Shown here piece by piece: positions 51,245-64,000 of a stretch of 64,000 nt of DNA. The translations under genes were made by a program, and so were the position numbers. Positions within the stretch are counted from its first letter, which is position 1. Each line of letters opens with the position of its first letter. Source of the DNA: Octopus vulgaris. Lineage: Eukaryota. The notes under the pieces are model-generated. The model did not search any database. It saw only the letters and a program-made list of their open reading frames with translations, and was not told the DNA's origin. Where the stretch lies: contig OX597826.1 in NCBI GenBank assembly GCA_951406725.2, positions 9,176,001 to 9,240,000 of the forward strand. Reading direction: 5' to 3'.

Positions 51245-52240
51245 TATAATATGTTCATGGAAAAAGTGTAACAAGTTATGTTGAAAGTCATACTGTCGTT
51301 GTTCACAATTTCGGGTCAGCCCTCCTACAGCAGACCTGTGATCCAAACCATTCTAGCTGCCACTATTCTGTCTACAGATCTATCTATAACTACATTATCC
51401 AATATGTCTGTCATTGTCTTAAGACAGTAGGGTGTGATTTGATGAACATTTAGCTGCTGTTTCTTGCAGGCTTGGTGTGAAAATATTGTTGTTAAAAGGG
51501 TTGTGATAGTTGTAATAGTGGATGTGTTGGTTGCAATGAATACTCCGAGTTTATGAAATGTTTCTCTAATTGAGTACTTAAGTCAGGAAATAAACTGACT
51601 GGGTTTCGATTTATTTTATTTGTCTTTTGCCCATTTATTCTGTTCATTTTATTTTATGACATTTTTATTGAGTTTTCATTTATTGAAGCTTTACTAGTAA
51701 ATAGACAGAAACCTTACTTGTCAGCTGAGATTAAATCTATTTCCTTTACATAACAAGACTGCATGACGAAGTCTTAAGTTTTTCTCTTCAAGGCTAGAAA
51801 ATATTTCATTTCTGAACAACTGATAACTCTTTTCAGTGCACGGATATTCACTACACTTTAGGTTTATCTTAATATTTGATAAAGAGAATATGCATCGTGC
51901 ATCCACCCATTAATAAACCATTATCCAGGAAGAAGTATCTACTGCCTCATTTTCTAGTTCTTCTCTCCCCATCATCATCATCCTCATTTAATTTCCGTTT
52001 TCCATGCTGGCATGGGTCGGACGGTTTGACAGGAGCTGGCCAGTTGAGGAGCTATCCAGACTCCAATTGTCTGTTACGAGATGGTTTCTACAGCTGGATG
52101 CCCTTCCTAATGCCATATCATCATCATCATTTAATGTTGACTTTTCCATGCTTGCATGGCTCAGATGAAATTTGCTGAGGTAGCATGGCCACAATCAAAT
52201 GACTGAAACAAGTAAAAGAATATATATCTTTTATCTTAAG

Positions 52241-52298
<58 letters not shown>

Positions 52299-52592
52299 TA
52301 TATCTTTTGCCCTTTGCTTGTTTCAGTCATTATACTGTGGCCATACTAGAGCACTGCCTTGAAGAATTTTAGTTGAATGTATTGACCCCATGCCGTTAGG
52401 AAGCAAGCGTCTTACCACACAGCCACACTTGTCTAAATTTTACTCATAAATTTTGGGTTGAGCAAATTTCTTCCATGAAAAGCTTTGTTTTTGATAGAAG
52501 ACAACTTGCTTGATATACTGTGCAGTGATATCAAGCCTAGAAGCGCGTGATTGTGAACTGAACTGAAGTGAGCTTTTTCAACATGGCCATAT

Positions 52593-52671
52593 CTGCAACA
52601 AAGGAAGAAACGAGAAATTGTATTAAAGAAATTGAAATAAAACACAAAAACAAAACAAAACCAAAACTTAC
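52593..52671 (-). other. Canonical 79-nt GT-AG intron
   Basis: Minus strand: GAT|GTAAGT, U-rich body, tttctcgtttcttcctttgttgCAG|ATA. Confidence 0.65.
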
Positions 52672-52877
52672 ATCATGATAACAATAGTTTTGTAATATAT
52701 TATTCTGAGGCTAAGCATTCATATCATATGACATCAACTAGATATATAAATAATCCCATTCTTTCTACTGTACTAAAACTAGTGGTGAGGCCTTACAAAC
52801 ATGACCAACTAAAGACTCTAATCAAGAAATCATTTTCACTTAATCTTATAATCCATTTTGGTTCCACTATCAATATG
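52672..52877 (-). other. Candidate 206-nt, largely non-coding exon
   Basis: Acceptor CTAAC-atcttttcCAG and donor GTAAGT; stops occur in all three frames. Confidence 0.5.
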
Positions 52878-53068
52878 CTGGAAAAGATGTTAGTTTTATA
52901 GTTATCAGCTACAGCAGAAGCTAAAGTGAGTTTCAATGATAATTATAATTACAATGATCTCAGCTATATTTCCGTTGCCAGTGTTACATTATAATTTACA
53001 TACAGATGTATACATACACATGCTTGTTTAAATAGTTGCTTATGGTTGTTCATTGCTTTTGATTATGG

Positions 53069-53100
<32 letters not shown>

Positions 53101-53309
53101 CAGCTTCCAGAGATTGAGCCTCTACAGAAGTCACTCAGCATGCTAGAAATGGCAACCAAATCTCTTTCATTGACATTCTACCATCTTCAAAAACTGTAAT
53201 AGTATATTGGATAATGTTGTAGATACACAATCCCTGGAAAACAAGATGTGATGGTCGTAGATGGAATATCTCTGATTATAGGTTCGCTCATTCAGGAAAT
53301 GACCTTTGG

Positions 53310-53647
53310 ATTGAGACCTCCTTCGGTCATGATTGACCATGGGATTACACTTAGAAAGTTACCCTCCCAGGCACAAGTCCAGGCAAGGTTGTTTATGGAA
53401 GACTAACAGTCACCCATGCATACCTGCCTCCCCTCTCTATGCCACCAATGTTATCCAAGGGAAAGGGAAAGGCCGATACAGCTTGGCACCTGTGATGTTG
53501 CAACTCATTTTTGCCAGCTGAGTGAACTGGAACAATGTGAAATAAAGTGTCTTGTTCAAGAACACAACATGCAGCCCGGTCCAGGATTTGAACTCACAAC
53601 CTCACGATTGTAAGCTCAACGCTCTAACCACTGAGCCATGCACCTTC
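53310..53647 (-). mobile_element. SINE family C variant
   Basis: Reverse complement of the 39100-39430 type. Confidence 0.85.
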
Positions 53648-53679
53648 TCTTGGATTAAACAACAAAATGATACTGGATG

Positions 53680-53895
53680 CTGAGATAGTGAGCTGGCAAA
53701 ATCATCAGCACATCAAACAAAATGCTGCTAAACATTTTGTTTGTTTTTATGTTCTGAGTTCAAATTCTGCCGAGGTTGACTTTGCTTTTCATCCTTTCAG
53801 GGTCGATGAAATAAGTACCAGTCAAGTTCTAGGGTTGACATAATTGACTAGCCCCCTCTTACAAAACTTCAGGCCTTGTACCTATAGTAGAATAG
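53680..53895 (+). mobile_element. SINE family B
   Basis: gtgagctggcaaaatc...ctgagttcaaattctgccgaggttgactttgc. Confidence 0.8.
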
Positions 53896-54999
53896 AACAG
53901 AATAATACTGGATACGGCTTCTCTAAGATGTCTGAGAAAATTCTGCAATATTAGAATTAGAATGGTCAAGGAAAGATATAAAATAGCAGCAAGTTAGCTA
54001 ACTTTGCTTATGAAGTGGTATTATTTGTTGGGATGGTCACATAATCTGTATAGATGGGGAAGTCCAGCCTGAGAATGTTACTTTATAATCAGTTGCTACT
54101 AAGAGGAAAAATATCGTTTGTGATACTCTTTCTTCACTACAAGGATACGATCAAGAAAGATGTAGGGTGCAAGAGAAACAATTGCACCTCACAGTGGGAG
54201 GCAGCCACTTGGCTTTGGGAGTTGACTGGGATCCTGTTTGGCTCCCACTCCTGCATCTGGTTCACATGGCTCCATGTATGCTGCAGTGTATGGCAGTAGC
54301 TACACCCTGGTTTCTAATTTTGACTCACCAACTAAACTATGTTAGTGAAATCAAGAGCTATACTCGAAGGTGCGAATGCCTAACCCTAAGTGCAGAAAGC
54401 CTGGAACAGTGAGGAGTGCAGGAGAACCAGACTGGTCAATGAACTTAAAAGCATGATAGTGGGGTGTGTGACATGTTATAAGACAAGATACAGAAGGCAC
54501 ATCAGCCAGTCATCATGAAAAGGATTGGGACCCCATCACATATTATTTCAAGGAAATACCAATGATAACCCAAGTAGATATAACCTGTAATGGAACTAGA
54601 GAGTCTTGGGGAACCAACTCTTGGACCCACAGAGGACACCTGGTTGATAGTTAATTTTCAAGAACATCGTCTGGTGATGGAATATGAACATCATAACATA
54701 GAAAAGCAAACCACTCTAACATCTGGAGATAAACTAACAAAAAAACTTCACTGCTCTAAGTAGTGTCTCAAAGAGACACTAACCTGGAGTAGTGATTTAG
54801 TTTCTATGTAGCCACCCAAAAACGGTATAAAGACCAGACCAAAATGTAAGGTTTGGAAATATGCTACAATTTTCTCAGAGTCTAAATGGAGAATTTTATC
54901 AGTTGATAGATGCTCATAAGAAGAGTTAGTATACAACGAAAAAAGAGTTATCCTCAAAATGAGGACTATACAGTTACTACTTGTCAATATATGTAAACT

Positions 55000-55225
55000 T
55001 AAGGCAGCAAGCTGGTAGAATCATTAGGACACCAGACAAAATGCTTAGTGGCATTTCGTCCATCCTTATGTCCTGAGTCGAAATTCTGCCAAGGTCAACT
55101 TTGCCTTTCATCCTTTCAGGGTTGATAAAATAAATACCAGTTGAGTACTCGGGTTAATGTAATCGACTTAACCCCTCTCCTGAACTTACTGGCCTTATGC
55201 CAAAATTTGAAACCACTATAATTTG
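55000..55225 (+). mobile_element. SINE family B
   Basis: taaggcagcaagctggtagaatc head plus body. Confidence 0.82.
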
Positions 55226-55328
55226 GAGACTTCTTTGTAAATCTGAAATAGGCTTCAGACACAAAACACCGGGCATGACCACATGCAGGGACGTTGCCAC
55301 ACAAACGGACTGAACCCTAAACCATGTA

Positions 55329-55534
55329 CAAGGGGCTGCTGAAAAGTTCCTGGCTTTAGGTAAAAGAAAATACAGGAAGATCACATATTCAGCATATTCC
55401 CCTTTCAGATTCACACACTTATTGCAGTGATCCTTCAGGTTTTCTAAACCCTGTAAAAGAACTTGGAAGGTTGGGCCTCCAACCAGGCCTTTCATGAAAA
55501 CCCTTAAAGCCAGGAACTTTTCAGCATCTTCTTG
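55329..55534 (+). mobile_element. mariner-derived MITE with ~30-bp TIRs and TA TSD, nested in a SINE A head
   Basis: TA-caaggggctgctgaaaagttcctggcttta ... taaagccaggaacttttcagcatcttcttg-TA. Confidence 0.88.
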
Positions 55535-57216
55535 TAATTGGAAAGCAAACTTCTTTACTGCACAGCCATGCCTATGCCTCACACACACACATATACACAC
55601 ACACACACATATATTAGAATATATCAGCAATTAACACACACACACACAATAGAATATATCGGCAATTAACACACAGACACACACATATATATATATAGAG
55701 AGAGAGAGACTTTCCAGCGCTAGACAACACAAGCAGAAAATAAAAACGAGATAAGCAGTATTTTATGGTTTCTTTAGAAATATCCAAATTTTATGTCTGT
55801 GAATTAGAAAAAGAGTCCTCTATCTTCTAATTTATTTCTCTGTCATTATTGATATATATATATATATATCGTTTGGTAATTATTGTGTCTATGATTAGAG
55901 CATATAACTTGATGATTACTGCATCAGTGATTATAATAGATATATAGTTTAATCATAAATGTATCATTGATTAGAATATATAGTCTGGGTATTAGTGTAT
56001 TAGTGATTAGAATATCATGGAACATCTTAATGTGTAGTATTTTCATTTTGTTTTTTTTTTCTTTTTATGATTTTGATGAATTAGCCAGGGAAGAAAGAGT
56101 AGAGCTCCTGAGATCTATGTGGATCATCTTCAGCCTATAAACATGGATCAAATACTTGCAAAAACTGGACTCCACTAAAGGAATCCAAATTTCAGGTGTT
56201 GGTGTTAAACCAGGAAGGAATTACATCCGTGTTTTGTGGACTGCTACCACAACAGCTCCTTTATAGGATCCAGTTAGCTCAAGACATCATCAGGAGGAAC
56301 CACGTCCGGTTTTGGCCCCTACTCCTCTATCATTTTGACGTGCCCCCCCCCCCCCCTTTGGAGGTGTCTTCAGCTCTGGTGTTGGATGCATGTCTTCTTT
56401 CTTCTGTTCCCTGCTTCTTCGATGTATCGTCAGTGAGTGTCAGCCGGTGACTGACTGACTTGTCAAATTTTTCCCTTTAAATACCTGCCACTAGGCTCCA
56501 GCAGGCAGCCCCAGCAAGTTGTCACGTGACACTGTCTCACCTTAACTGATCGAAGTTTATCGTCCAAGAATAGGAAACAATTCCTACCTATTTGTATTTC
56601 ACTCACGTTTTGGTCAGTCTTACACTATTAGCAGAAAACACTTGCTCAAGGTGCCATGTGATGCAATTGAACCTAAACCCACATAATTAAGAAGCAAGCT
56701 TCTTGACGACATGTCCACGCTTGAGCCCATCCGAGTCTTCGGTGGACTTGTCATCACATCTTTATCAGCACAAGCAGATCAGAGTTCAGCAACTACCACC
56801 TGTCATTCACATTAATTTCCTTATTTTGTATTGTGATGTTATTTGTTTATTTCACTTAGTTTTTCTATTCATTGATTTGATAATTCAGTTTCTCTGCTGT
56901 CATTTGCATTCTGCATACATCAATGATATTTTTACCACTTAGGAATAGAAGAATATGTTTTTCTGAACACATGTTTGACATCCCACCCAAAATTTACGAG
57001 ATATTATTTACATATATATGTGTATGAGAGAGATTTCACAAATATGTCTGAAGATGAGTCCTAAGAAAAGTCAAGATGAGAGGCAAAAAAAAAAGAAAAC
57101 ACAAATCCTAACAGAAACCAATGAACAGGAGTACAAAGTCAAGGCATGATGCTTTGAAGGGATGAAGATGTTGACATTTGTCCTCTGTCAAGATAGAAGA
57201 AAAAAGAAGAGGGAAT

Positions 57217-57372
57217 CAGGGGTGGCTGTGTGGTAAGAAGCTTGCTTCCCAACCCCATGGTTCTGGGTTTAGTATCATTGTATGGCACCTTAGGCAAGTG
57301 TCTTCTACAATAGCCTTGAGCTGCCCAAAGCCTTGTGAGTAGATTTGGTAGATGGAAACTGAAAGAAGCCTG

Positions 57373-57416
<44 letters not shown>

Positions 57417-57451
57417 TTTATCTTTTACTTGTTTCAGTCATTAGACTGCGG

Positions 57452-57487
<36 letters not shown>

Positions 57488-57707
57488 TGTGTGTGTCTGT
57501 GTTTGTCCCCTAACACCACTTGACAACTGGTGTTGGCATGCTTATGCCCCTGTAATTTTGGCAAAAGGAGAGACTGATAGAATAAGTACCAGGCTTTAAA
57601 TGTATTTCTAAAATATTTACTTGGGTCAATTCATTTGACTTAAAATTCTTCAAGGTGGTGCCCCAGCATGGCTGCTGTCTAATGACTGGAACAAGTACAA
57701 GAATAAG
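57217..57707 (+). mobile_element. SINE family A with an inverted SINE tail in its (TA)n tract
   Basis: Full match; 57414-57452 is the reverse complement of the family tail. Confidence 0.88.
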
Positions 57708-58011
57708 CATGATCGTTACCAGCGTCGCCTTACTGGCACTTGTACCAGTGACACGTAAAAAAAAACATGATTTTTTCGTGGTCGTTGCCAGTACTGCCTA
57801 ACTGGCCCTTGTGCCGGTGGCATGTACAAGCACCCACTACACTAAAATTTGGATTCCTTTAGTGGAGTCCAGTGGTTGGCTTTAGGAAGGGCATCCAGCT
57901 GTAGAAACTCTGCCAGATCAAGATTGGAACCTGGTGCAGCCATCTGGTTTGCCAGTCCTCAATCAAAACGTCTAACCCATGCTAGCATGGAAAGCGAATG
58001 TTAAACGATGA

Positions 58012-58015
<4 letters not shown>
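57708..58015 (+). mobile_element. RTE LINE 3' UTR copy carrying a short foreign insertion
   Basis: Colinear with 36310-36663 except at 57844-57870. Confidence 0.85.
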
Positions 58016-58060
<45 letters not shown>

Positions 58061-58062
58061 TG

Positions 58063-58922
58063 CAAGGTGCAATGGGTAAATTATGCCATTTTATATTTTT
58101 AATTTCGCATATGTGCCTTGTTTGTTTATGATTTTGTTGACTACACAGTATAGTAGAGTCATTTGGGCACTGTCTGTTGTCTGTAAGTAAAACAGCACCA
58201 TGATGCAATTCACTCTGCCAGAAATTTGGAAATGACATGCTGTACTGCTTGGCATTTGTGCCAGAAGCTCCAATATGAACAGATGATGAACACACAGAAC
58301 AACTGTTGGCTTGTTGTGTCCCCAAAACATGTACCGAGAGTCAAACATCCAGTCAACATCATGGTGTTTGGAGTGATCACTAGTGATGGTGATGTTATTC
58401 TTCCATTCATCTTCCCACACAGCCTCAACTCAACACAGGGGCCTACATCAAGTGCCTGGAGGAGGCAGTGTTGCCCTGGATCAAGAGGGTGGGCATTGGA
58501 AGACCTTATGTCTGGCAACAGGACTCTGCATCATGCCACACAAGCAGGAGAATCCAAATATGGCCGTCAGACAATTTCTGCAACCATATCACCCCTAACA
58601 TCTGGCCATCTAACTCCCTAGACTACAACTTGCTTGATGTGGGGCACAGTTGAGTGAAAGGCCAACAAAACTCCTTGTAGCACCAAAAATAAACTGAAGG
58701 CAAGGATTATGGCAGCATTCACCAACTTAAACAAGGAGACCATCCAGAAGAGTTGCAGGAGATTCTGAAGTCGTCTGGAGGGTGTGGTTGAAGCTAATGA
58801 TGATTTTATTGAATAAATTTACTCTTTAGTATTTCTAGATAGTTTTATGTAATTTAGGTAAATATATCTCTTCAAATGAGATATCAGTGTTATTTTCATT
58901 TTTGTGTCTTCACTGCACCCTT
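58063..58922 (+). mobile_element. Tc1/mariner superfamily DD37D (maT-like) element, internally deleted
   Basis: KHPVNIMVFGVITSDG, LPWIK...RPYVWQQDSASCHTS...NIWPSNSLDYNLLD; termini caaggtgcaatg / cactgcaccct. Confidence 0.85.
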
Positions 58923-58923
58923 T

Positions 58924-58973
<50 letters not shown>

Positions 58974-60310
58974 TTACACACACATACATACACACCATCA
59001 TTTAATGCCCAATTTTCCATGCTTGCATAAATCAGATGAAGTTTATTTGAGGTAGATTTTCTACTGTCAAAATGCTCTTTTTGTAACCAACCTTCAAATC
59101 TGTTTCTGAGAAAGGTAATATTTCCTCATGGCCAGACACATTTTTCTGAATATTGGAAATGAATGACATTGCTTATATAACTCTGACACTCATTTACAAC
59201 TATTATGCTGTGTCAACGCAAAGCCACACACACAAAAGATGGGGCTGGTTAGTTTCCATCTACCAAATCCGCTCACAAGGCTTTGATGGCACTTGCCCAG
59301 GTGCCATGTAGTGGGACTGGATCTGACCTGGAACCATACGATTGATAAGCCAACTTCTTACCACAAAGTCATTCCTGTACCTGTGTGTGTATCATCTTCC
59401 TCATTATTTAACATCCTCCTTTCATGGTGTGAGTTCTAAGAGGTAGCAAGTCAGAAGACTGCACCAAGATTTTCTATTGGCTTTGCTATGGTCTCTATGG
59501 CTGGCCGGCCTTCTTAATATCAACCACTTTACAGAGTGTACTAAGTGATTTTTATGTGGCACCAGTGAATAGCAGTGAGGTCACAAGGTAACTTGCAAGA
59601 CAAGACTTGTCAACTGAGTGGGGAGTGGTATTGAGGGAGGTGGCACTGTGCCAGGTGATGAGAGGGGAGAGTATGAATATAGGGGCTGAAATAAGCATCT
59701 TGCTGTTAAGGAGTTACGTGGCAATCTCAGTTTTATTTTTTCTTAATTTATGGTTTATTTAGAAAGAAGGAAATGTGCTTATAACTTCCCAGCCATGGGT
59801 CCATTACGTTCAGTTTGAACATTTGTAGTTAGTAGAAAATGTGGATGGTGATGGAATTCCAGAGAAGTAATGTTACGAAGAAGAAGGATTTGGAAAAATG
59901 GGGAGAACTAAGACACAGTAGGGTGTTGATGATAGTAGGTGAGTTGGGTGGACTTGATAAAGCCTGAGCAGAAATTGTATATGACTACCTAGTTCAGAAA
60001 AGTAGAGACTGTAGGATGTGGCAGAACCTGTAGCTCTTCAAGTTATTGGCTATAAACAAAGTAACAGTAATTAAAACCAGTTTGGAGATTCAGCTCTCCA
60101 GGAGCTTTCTGCTATTCCATCTATCTGACACACACACACACACACACAGACACACACACATATATTATAAACACAGATAGCTATATTCTGGAAGTAATTA
60201 TGAGTTCAGGCAAGATTTTTTTCTAATATTTTCTTCTTTTTTTCCTCTACTTGAACTCAATAATTCTAAGTGAGCAATATAAAAGTAGTGTTTTCTCCCC
60301 AAAATATTAA

Positions 60311-60870
60311 AGGCATGTCTGTGGTTAAGAAAAGTTCACCATGCAACTTTTGGGCCTCAGATTTGATTCCCACTGTGTGGTATCTTATTATTATTATCAT
60401 TATTATTATCACTATTAGTTTCAGTCATTTGACTGTGGTCATGCTGGAGCACCACCTTTAGTCGAGCAAATCGACCCCAGGGTTTATACTTTGTAACCCT
60501 AGTACTTATTCTATCGGTGTCTTTTGCTGAACTGCTAAGTTATGGAGATGTAAACACACCAGCATTGGTTGTCAAGTGATGTTGGGAGGACAAACACAGA
60601 CACGCATTCATTCATTCGTTTATACATACGTACGTCGGGCTTTTTTCAGTTTCCGTCTATCAAATCCACTCATAAGGCTTTGGTCGGCCTGAGGCTATAG
60701 TAGAAGAGGCACTTGTCCAAGGTGCCACGCAGTGGGTCTGAACCTGGAATCGTGGTTGGTAAGCAAGCTACTTACCACACAGCCACTCCTGCGCTTTGAG
60801 CAAAAGTCTTCTATCCCAGCCAACCTAAGCCATGTTAGTGAAATTTTGTAGATGGGAACTGTTTGAAAAC
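60311..60870. mobile_element. Old SINE A (+) with a younger SINE A (-, 60415-60795) nested inside
   Basis: The head ...actgtgtggtatctt resumes as ttgagcaaaagtcttcta after the insert. Confidence 0.8.
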
Positions 60871-62559
60871 CTGCTCTTGTATGATTGATCTAACCCATCA
60901 GTTGGGTTAGCACCACACCTTCACTTCATTCTAGTGTAGTTCATGCGATATCTAGCATTTGAGCCAAGACTCAGGTCTGGGTATAGCTTCTTTGATTCAT
61001 TTCACTAGTCATGGAGACACTGAAAAGAGTCATGTCTGTTGCTTTTTCTCTTCTAACTAATCCACAGGAAAGATATTTTAAAAAAACCACAATAGTAGGG
61101 AAGGATCAAATTTGTAAGGATGGACCAATTCAGCCTAGTGCATATTTGGTAATTATTTTATCACCCTAGAGAAAATTAAAGTCAACCCCAGTGAGATTTA
61201 AAATCAGTGTATATCAGGAATAATACTGAAAGATATTTTGCATTGTCTTATTTTCCATTACAATTTCATTTACATCTTGGATGCTTTATACAAATATGAA
61301 ATTGACCCCGGCTCTTGATTGGGAGGATGAAAGGCAAAGTTAATCAAAGCAGAATTTGAACTTGGTATGCAAAAGGCTGTGGAGACACATGGCTTTGTGG
61401 TTTTGTGTTGCACTGATGGTTGTAAGATTCTGGTTTCAATTCCTGGACGGAGTGATGCATAGTGTTTTTTTACCAAAACACTTCATTTCATTTTGCTCAG
61501 TCTGCTCAGCTGTCAAAATTGAGTTATCTTGTGGTGGACTGACATACCAACAAGGGGGTGAATATATATGCCACAGAATCCAGAAAACCAACCTTATTAA
61601 CCTATGGTTCAGTAAGGTCTTCTGATCTCTATCTCTCTCTTTTTTATGTAAAAGGCCATAATTAAATACAAAGCATTTTATCCAATACTACAACGATTCT
61701 GCTAATCTCTCACCATTAATCTGCAGTCACCAGTTTGTGCTGCTTCTCTCTTTTTGGTACTGTTGAAGTTACTGCCTTTTTGCCTTTGGTTAGTCTTGAT
61801 CAAATTGACCTGTGATCAAAGGTATTCCAATCATGGCTATCCTGTTTTGTTTTTTTTTTTCTTCTTTTTGGTGGATGGTGACAGGGATTCAAGAAATGGA
61901 TTCAATTTTTATAAGACACTGAATAGAGTGAAACCTGAGGGATATTTGGCTGCTGTTTGTCTCCTACCAACTTGTAAACATCACCAGCTTAATGCACCTT
62001 CTGTTTTTGATTTTATTTTTGTTATACTTTATGCTTGGGTTTTTATATTGTATTGACAATTTCAATAACAGTACTGTCAACAATATCCAAAATATTGGTT
62101 TCAAATTTTGGCTCAAGGCCAGCAACTTTGGGGGAGGGGTAAGTTGATTGCATCAACCCCAGTACTCAGCTGATATTTTTTTTATTGACCCCGAAAGGAA
62201 GAAAGGTAAAGTCGACCATGGTAGAATGTGAACTCAGAATGTAAAGATGGATGGGATGCTGATTCTGCCAGCTTGACACCTTCATCAGTATCGAAAATAT
62301 TGAACATGCAAGTGATCCTCTCAATTTCAACACCTAGCATAAAGCTCCATCATTTTCTACTTTATTCCCACTGTCAAAAGAGGTCCCTTAGTCTTGCAAG
62401 TTACATGGCAAACTCACTTAGATCTGATGCAAAGGAAAAGAAAGAAAGAAAAATTAAAAACTCCTGCACCCAGAACATACTGTAGGGTGGTTGGCATTAG
62501 GAATGGCACTAGACTGTAGAAGCAGTCCCAAAACTAACATTTGAAGCATGACGTCATCC

Positions 62560-63030
62560 CGTGACTTGTTGGAACCCATGCTGGTATGCAAGAGGTACAT
62601 TACATAATGATATTTTAAGCAAAGTGACCAGGCCAGGCCAGGGGCTTCACCCAGTTCCATTGTCTATTTTTGCTTGGCTTCTACTGCTAGATGTCTTTCC
62701 CAATGCCAGATACTTTACAGTGTGTATTGGGTACTTTTTAAATGTCACCAGCACCACTGCTTTTTATATGGCACCAGCATCACTGCCTTTTATGTGGGAC
62801 CATCACCACTGCTTTTTACATGGCACCATCATTCACTGCTTTTGATGTGACACCATCACCAATACTTTTCACATGGAACCAGCACCAGCGCTTTTTATAC
62901 ATGGCACCAACACCCGTGCTTTTTATGTGACACCATCACCAATGCTTTTTACTTGGCACTATCACCAGTACTTTTTATGTGGCACCAGCACTTTTAACAT
63001 GGTACTGTGACTTTAGGAGGACAGGTCTTC
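62560..63030 (-). mobile_element. RTE LINE 3' UTR copy with about 9-10 tandem ~26-bp units
   Basis: Units like tgctttttatatggcaccagcaccac at 62745-63000. Confidence 0.8.
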
Positions 63031-63106
63031 TTGCTATCAGGAATAATGAAATAACAATAAAAAGTTTATTATTATCTTATTTTGATATCTTGGTCATAAA
63101 AAATAC

Positions 63107-63347
63107 CTTATCTTAAAGAGGTTGTATAGATGTTTTGCAAAGAAGTTATTCTGATACGTGTCTCAGAGGACAGTAACTCCAAACATGAATTGAGTAGTTG
63201 TGGTTGGTGGACTGAGCAAATTGCAACTACTTGCATTTCCAGTGGCAGGATATGAACTGGCATCCACTTAAAAGTGGTAATTTGATACACTATCAACTGT
63301 AAAACTGATATTTTAGCTAGCTGCAACTCAGGAAAATGGGATGTAAA
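63107..63347 (-). other. Candidate 241-nt exon
   Basis: Unique sequence bounded by tatttCAG| and AAG|GTATTT; one frame is open for 79 codons but stops just before the donor. Confidence 0.3.
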
Positions 63348-63385
63348 CTGAAATAATGTATGTATGTGTGTGTGTGTGTATGTAT

Positions 63386-63442
<57 letters not shown>

Positions 63443-63607
63443 GTGTTTGTTTGTATAAATTTATATTAGATAGATAGATAATGGATAAGCATTGCATTGT
63501 TGCTTCCAGAGACATTTGAACCATTCAAAGAGAATCAATAACATTTTTCGCATTTTTGCTTCTCTCAGCAATGCAGACCAGCAAAGAGGAAAAAATGTGA
63601 AAGCAAG

Positions 63608-63644
<37 letters not shown>

Positions 63645-64000
63645 AAACAATGTAAATTAAAGATGTAAATTCTGGAATTTGAAAATGACGTTTAATTGAA
63701 ACCTACTGTTAGCATTTTACTTTGTTCAGCCGATCATCTGACTAATTAGATTTACATTGCTGAAAGACAGTAGAACACTGAAGTAAGTAAAAATCTTCGG
63801 TTGGCACCACTGCTGTGGAATGCATAGAAACGAAAAATTGACAGTATGTATTTTTATGCAATTTTCATTTGATAGCTGAATCGATGAATTGATCTTAACT
63901 TAATACCTGCAGTGTAATACATTTGTGTGTGTGTGTGTGTGTGTGTGAGAAAGAGAGAGAGAGAGTATGATGAATCTCACAAAGCTTGTACTGTTTCTTT

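Noticed and set aside
56100-56440. Several minus-strand CUGANGA boxes in a GC-richer, PLE-like segment
   Set aside because: None has a correctly placed GAAA and stem III; possibly fossils but not supportable.
56193-57844. Inversion bounded by the 29-bp inverted repeats
   Set aside because: The LINE UTR is colinear on both sides of the second copy.

Overview
AT-rich, repeat-saturated eukaryotic DNA, by inference from a coleoid cephalopod (octopus-like tRNA-derived SINE families, RTE-clade LINE ends, dense TA/TG/CA microsatellites). I found no intact, recognisable protein-coding gene, rRNA, convincing functional tRNA or CRISPR array. Most ORF-track entries are microsatellite or SINE read-throughs. 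The window holds many SINE copies from at least three families, RTE LINE fragments (two ending in C2H2 zinc fingers), a mariner remnant, a DD37D/maT remnant, piggyBac-, hAT- and mariner-type MITEs and Penelope-like (PLE) remnants. Signals the ORF track does not explain: (1) type I hammerhead ribozyme motifs, well formed at 12678-12755 (+), 31282-31325 (-) and 35680-35763 (+), with several decayed copies, mostly in PLE-like context; (2) a ~485-bp foldback with an outward-facing tRNA-like unit in each arm; (3) a minus-strand spliced transcript signature with a canonical 79-nt intron and a possible first coding exon; (4) a 29-bp inverted templated insertion, a 71-bp target-site duplication and variable stem-loop arrays in the RTE 3' UTR. 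All structures and alignments were read by eye, and boundaries of degenerate repeats are approximate.
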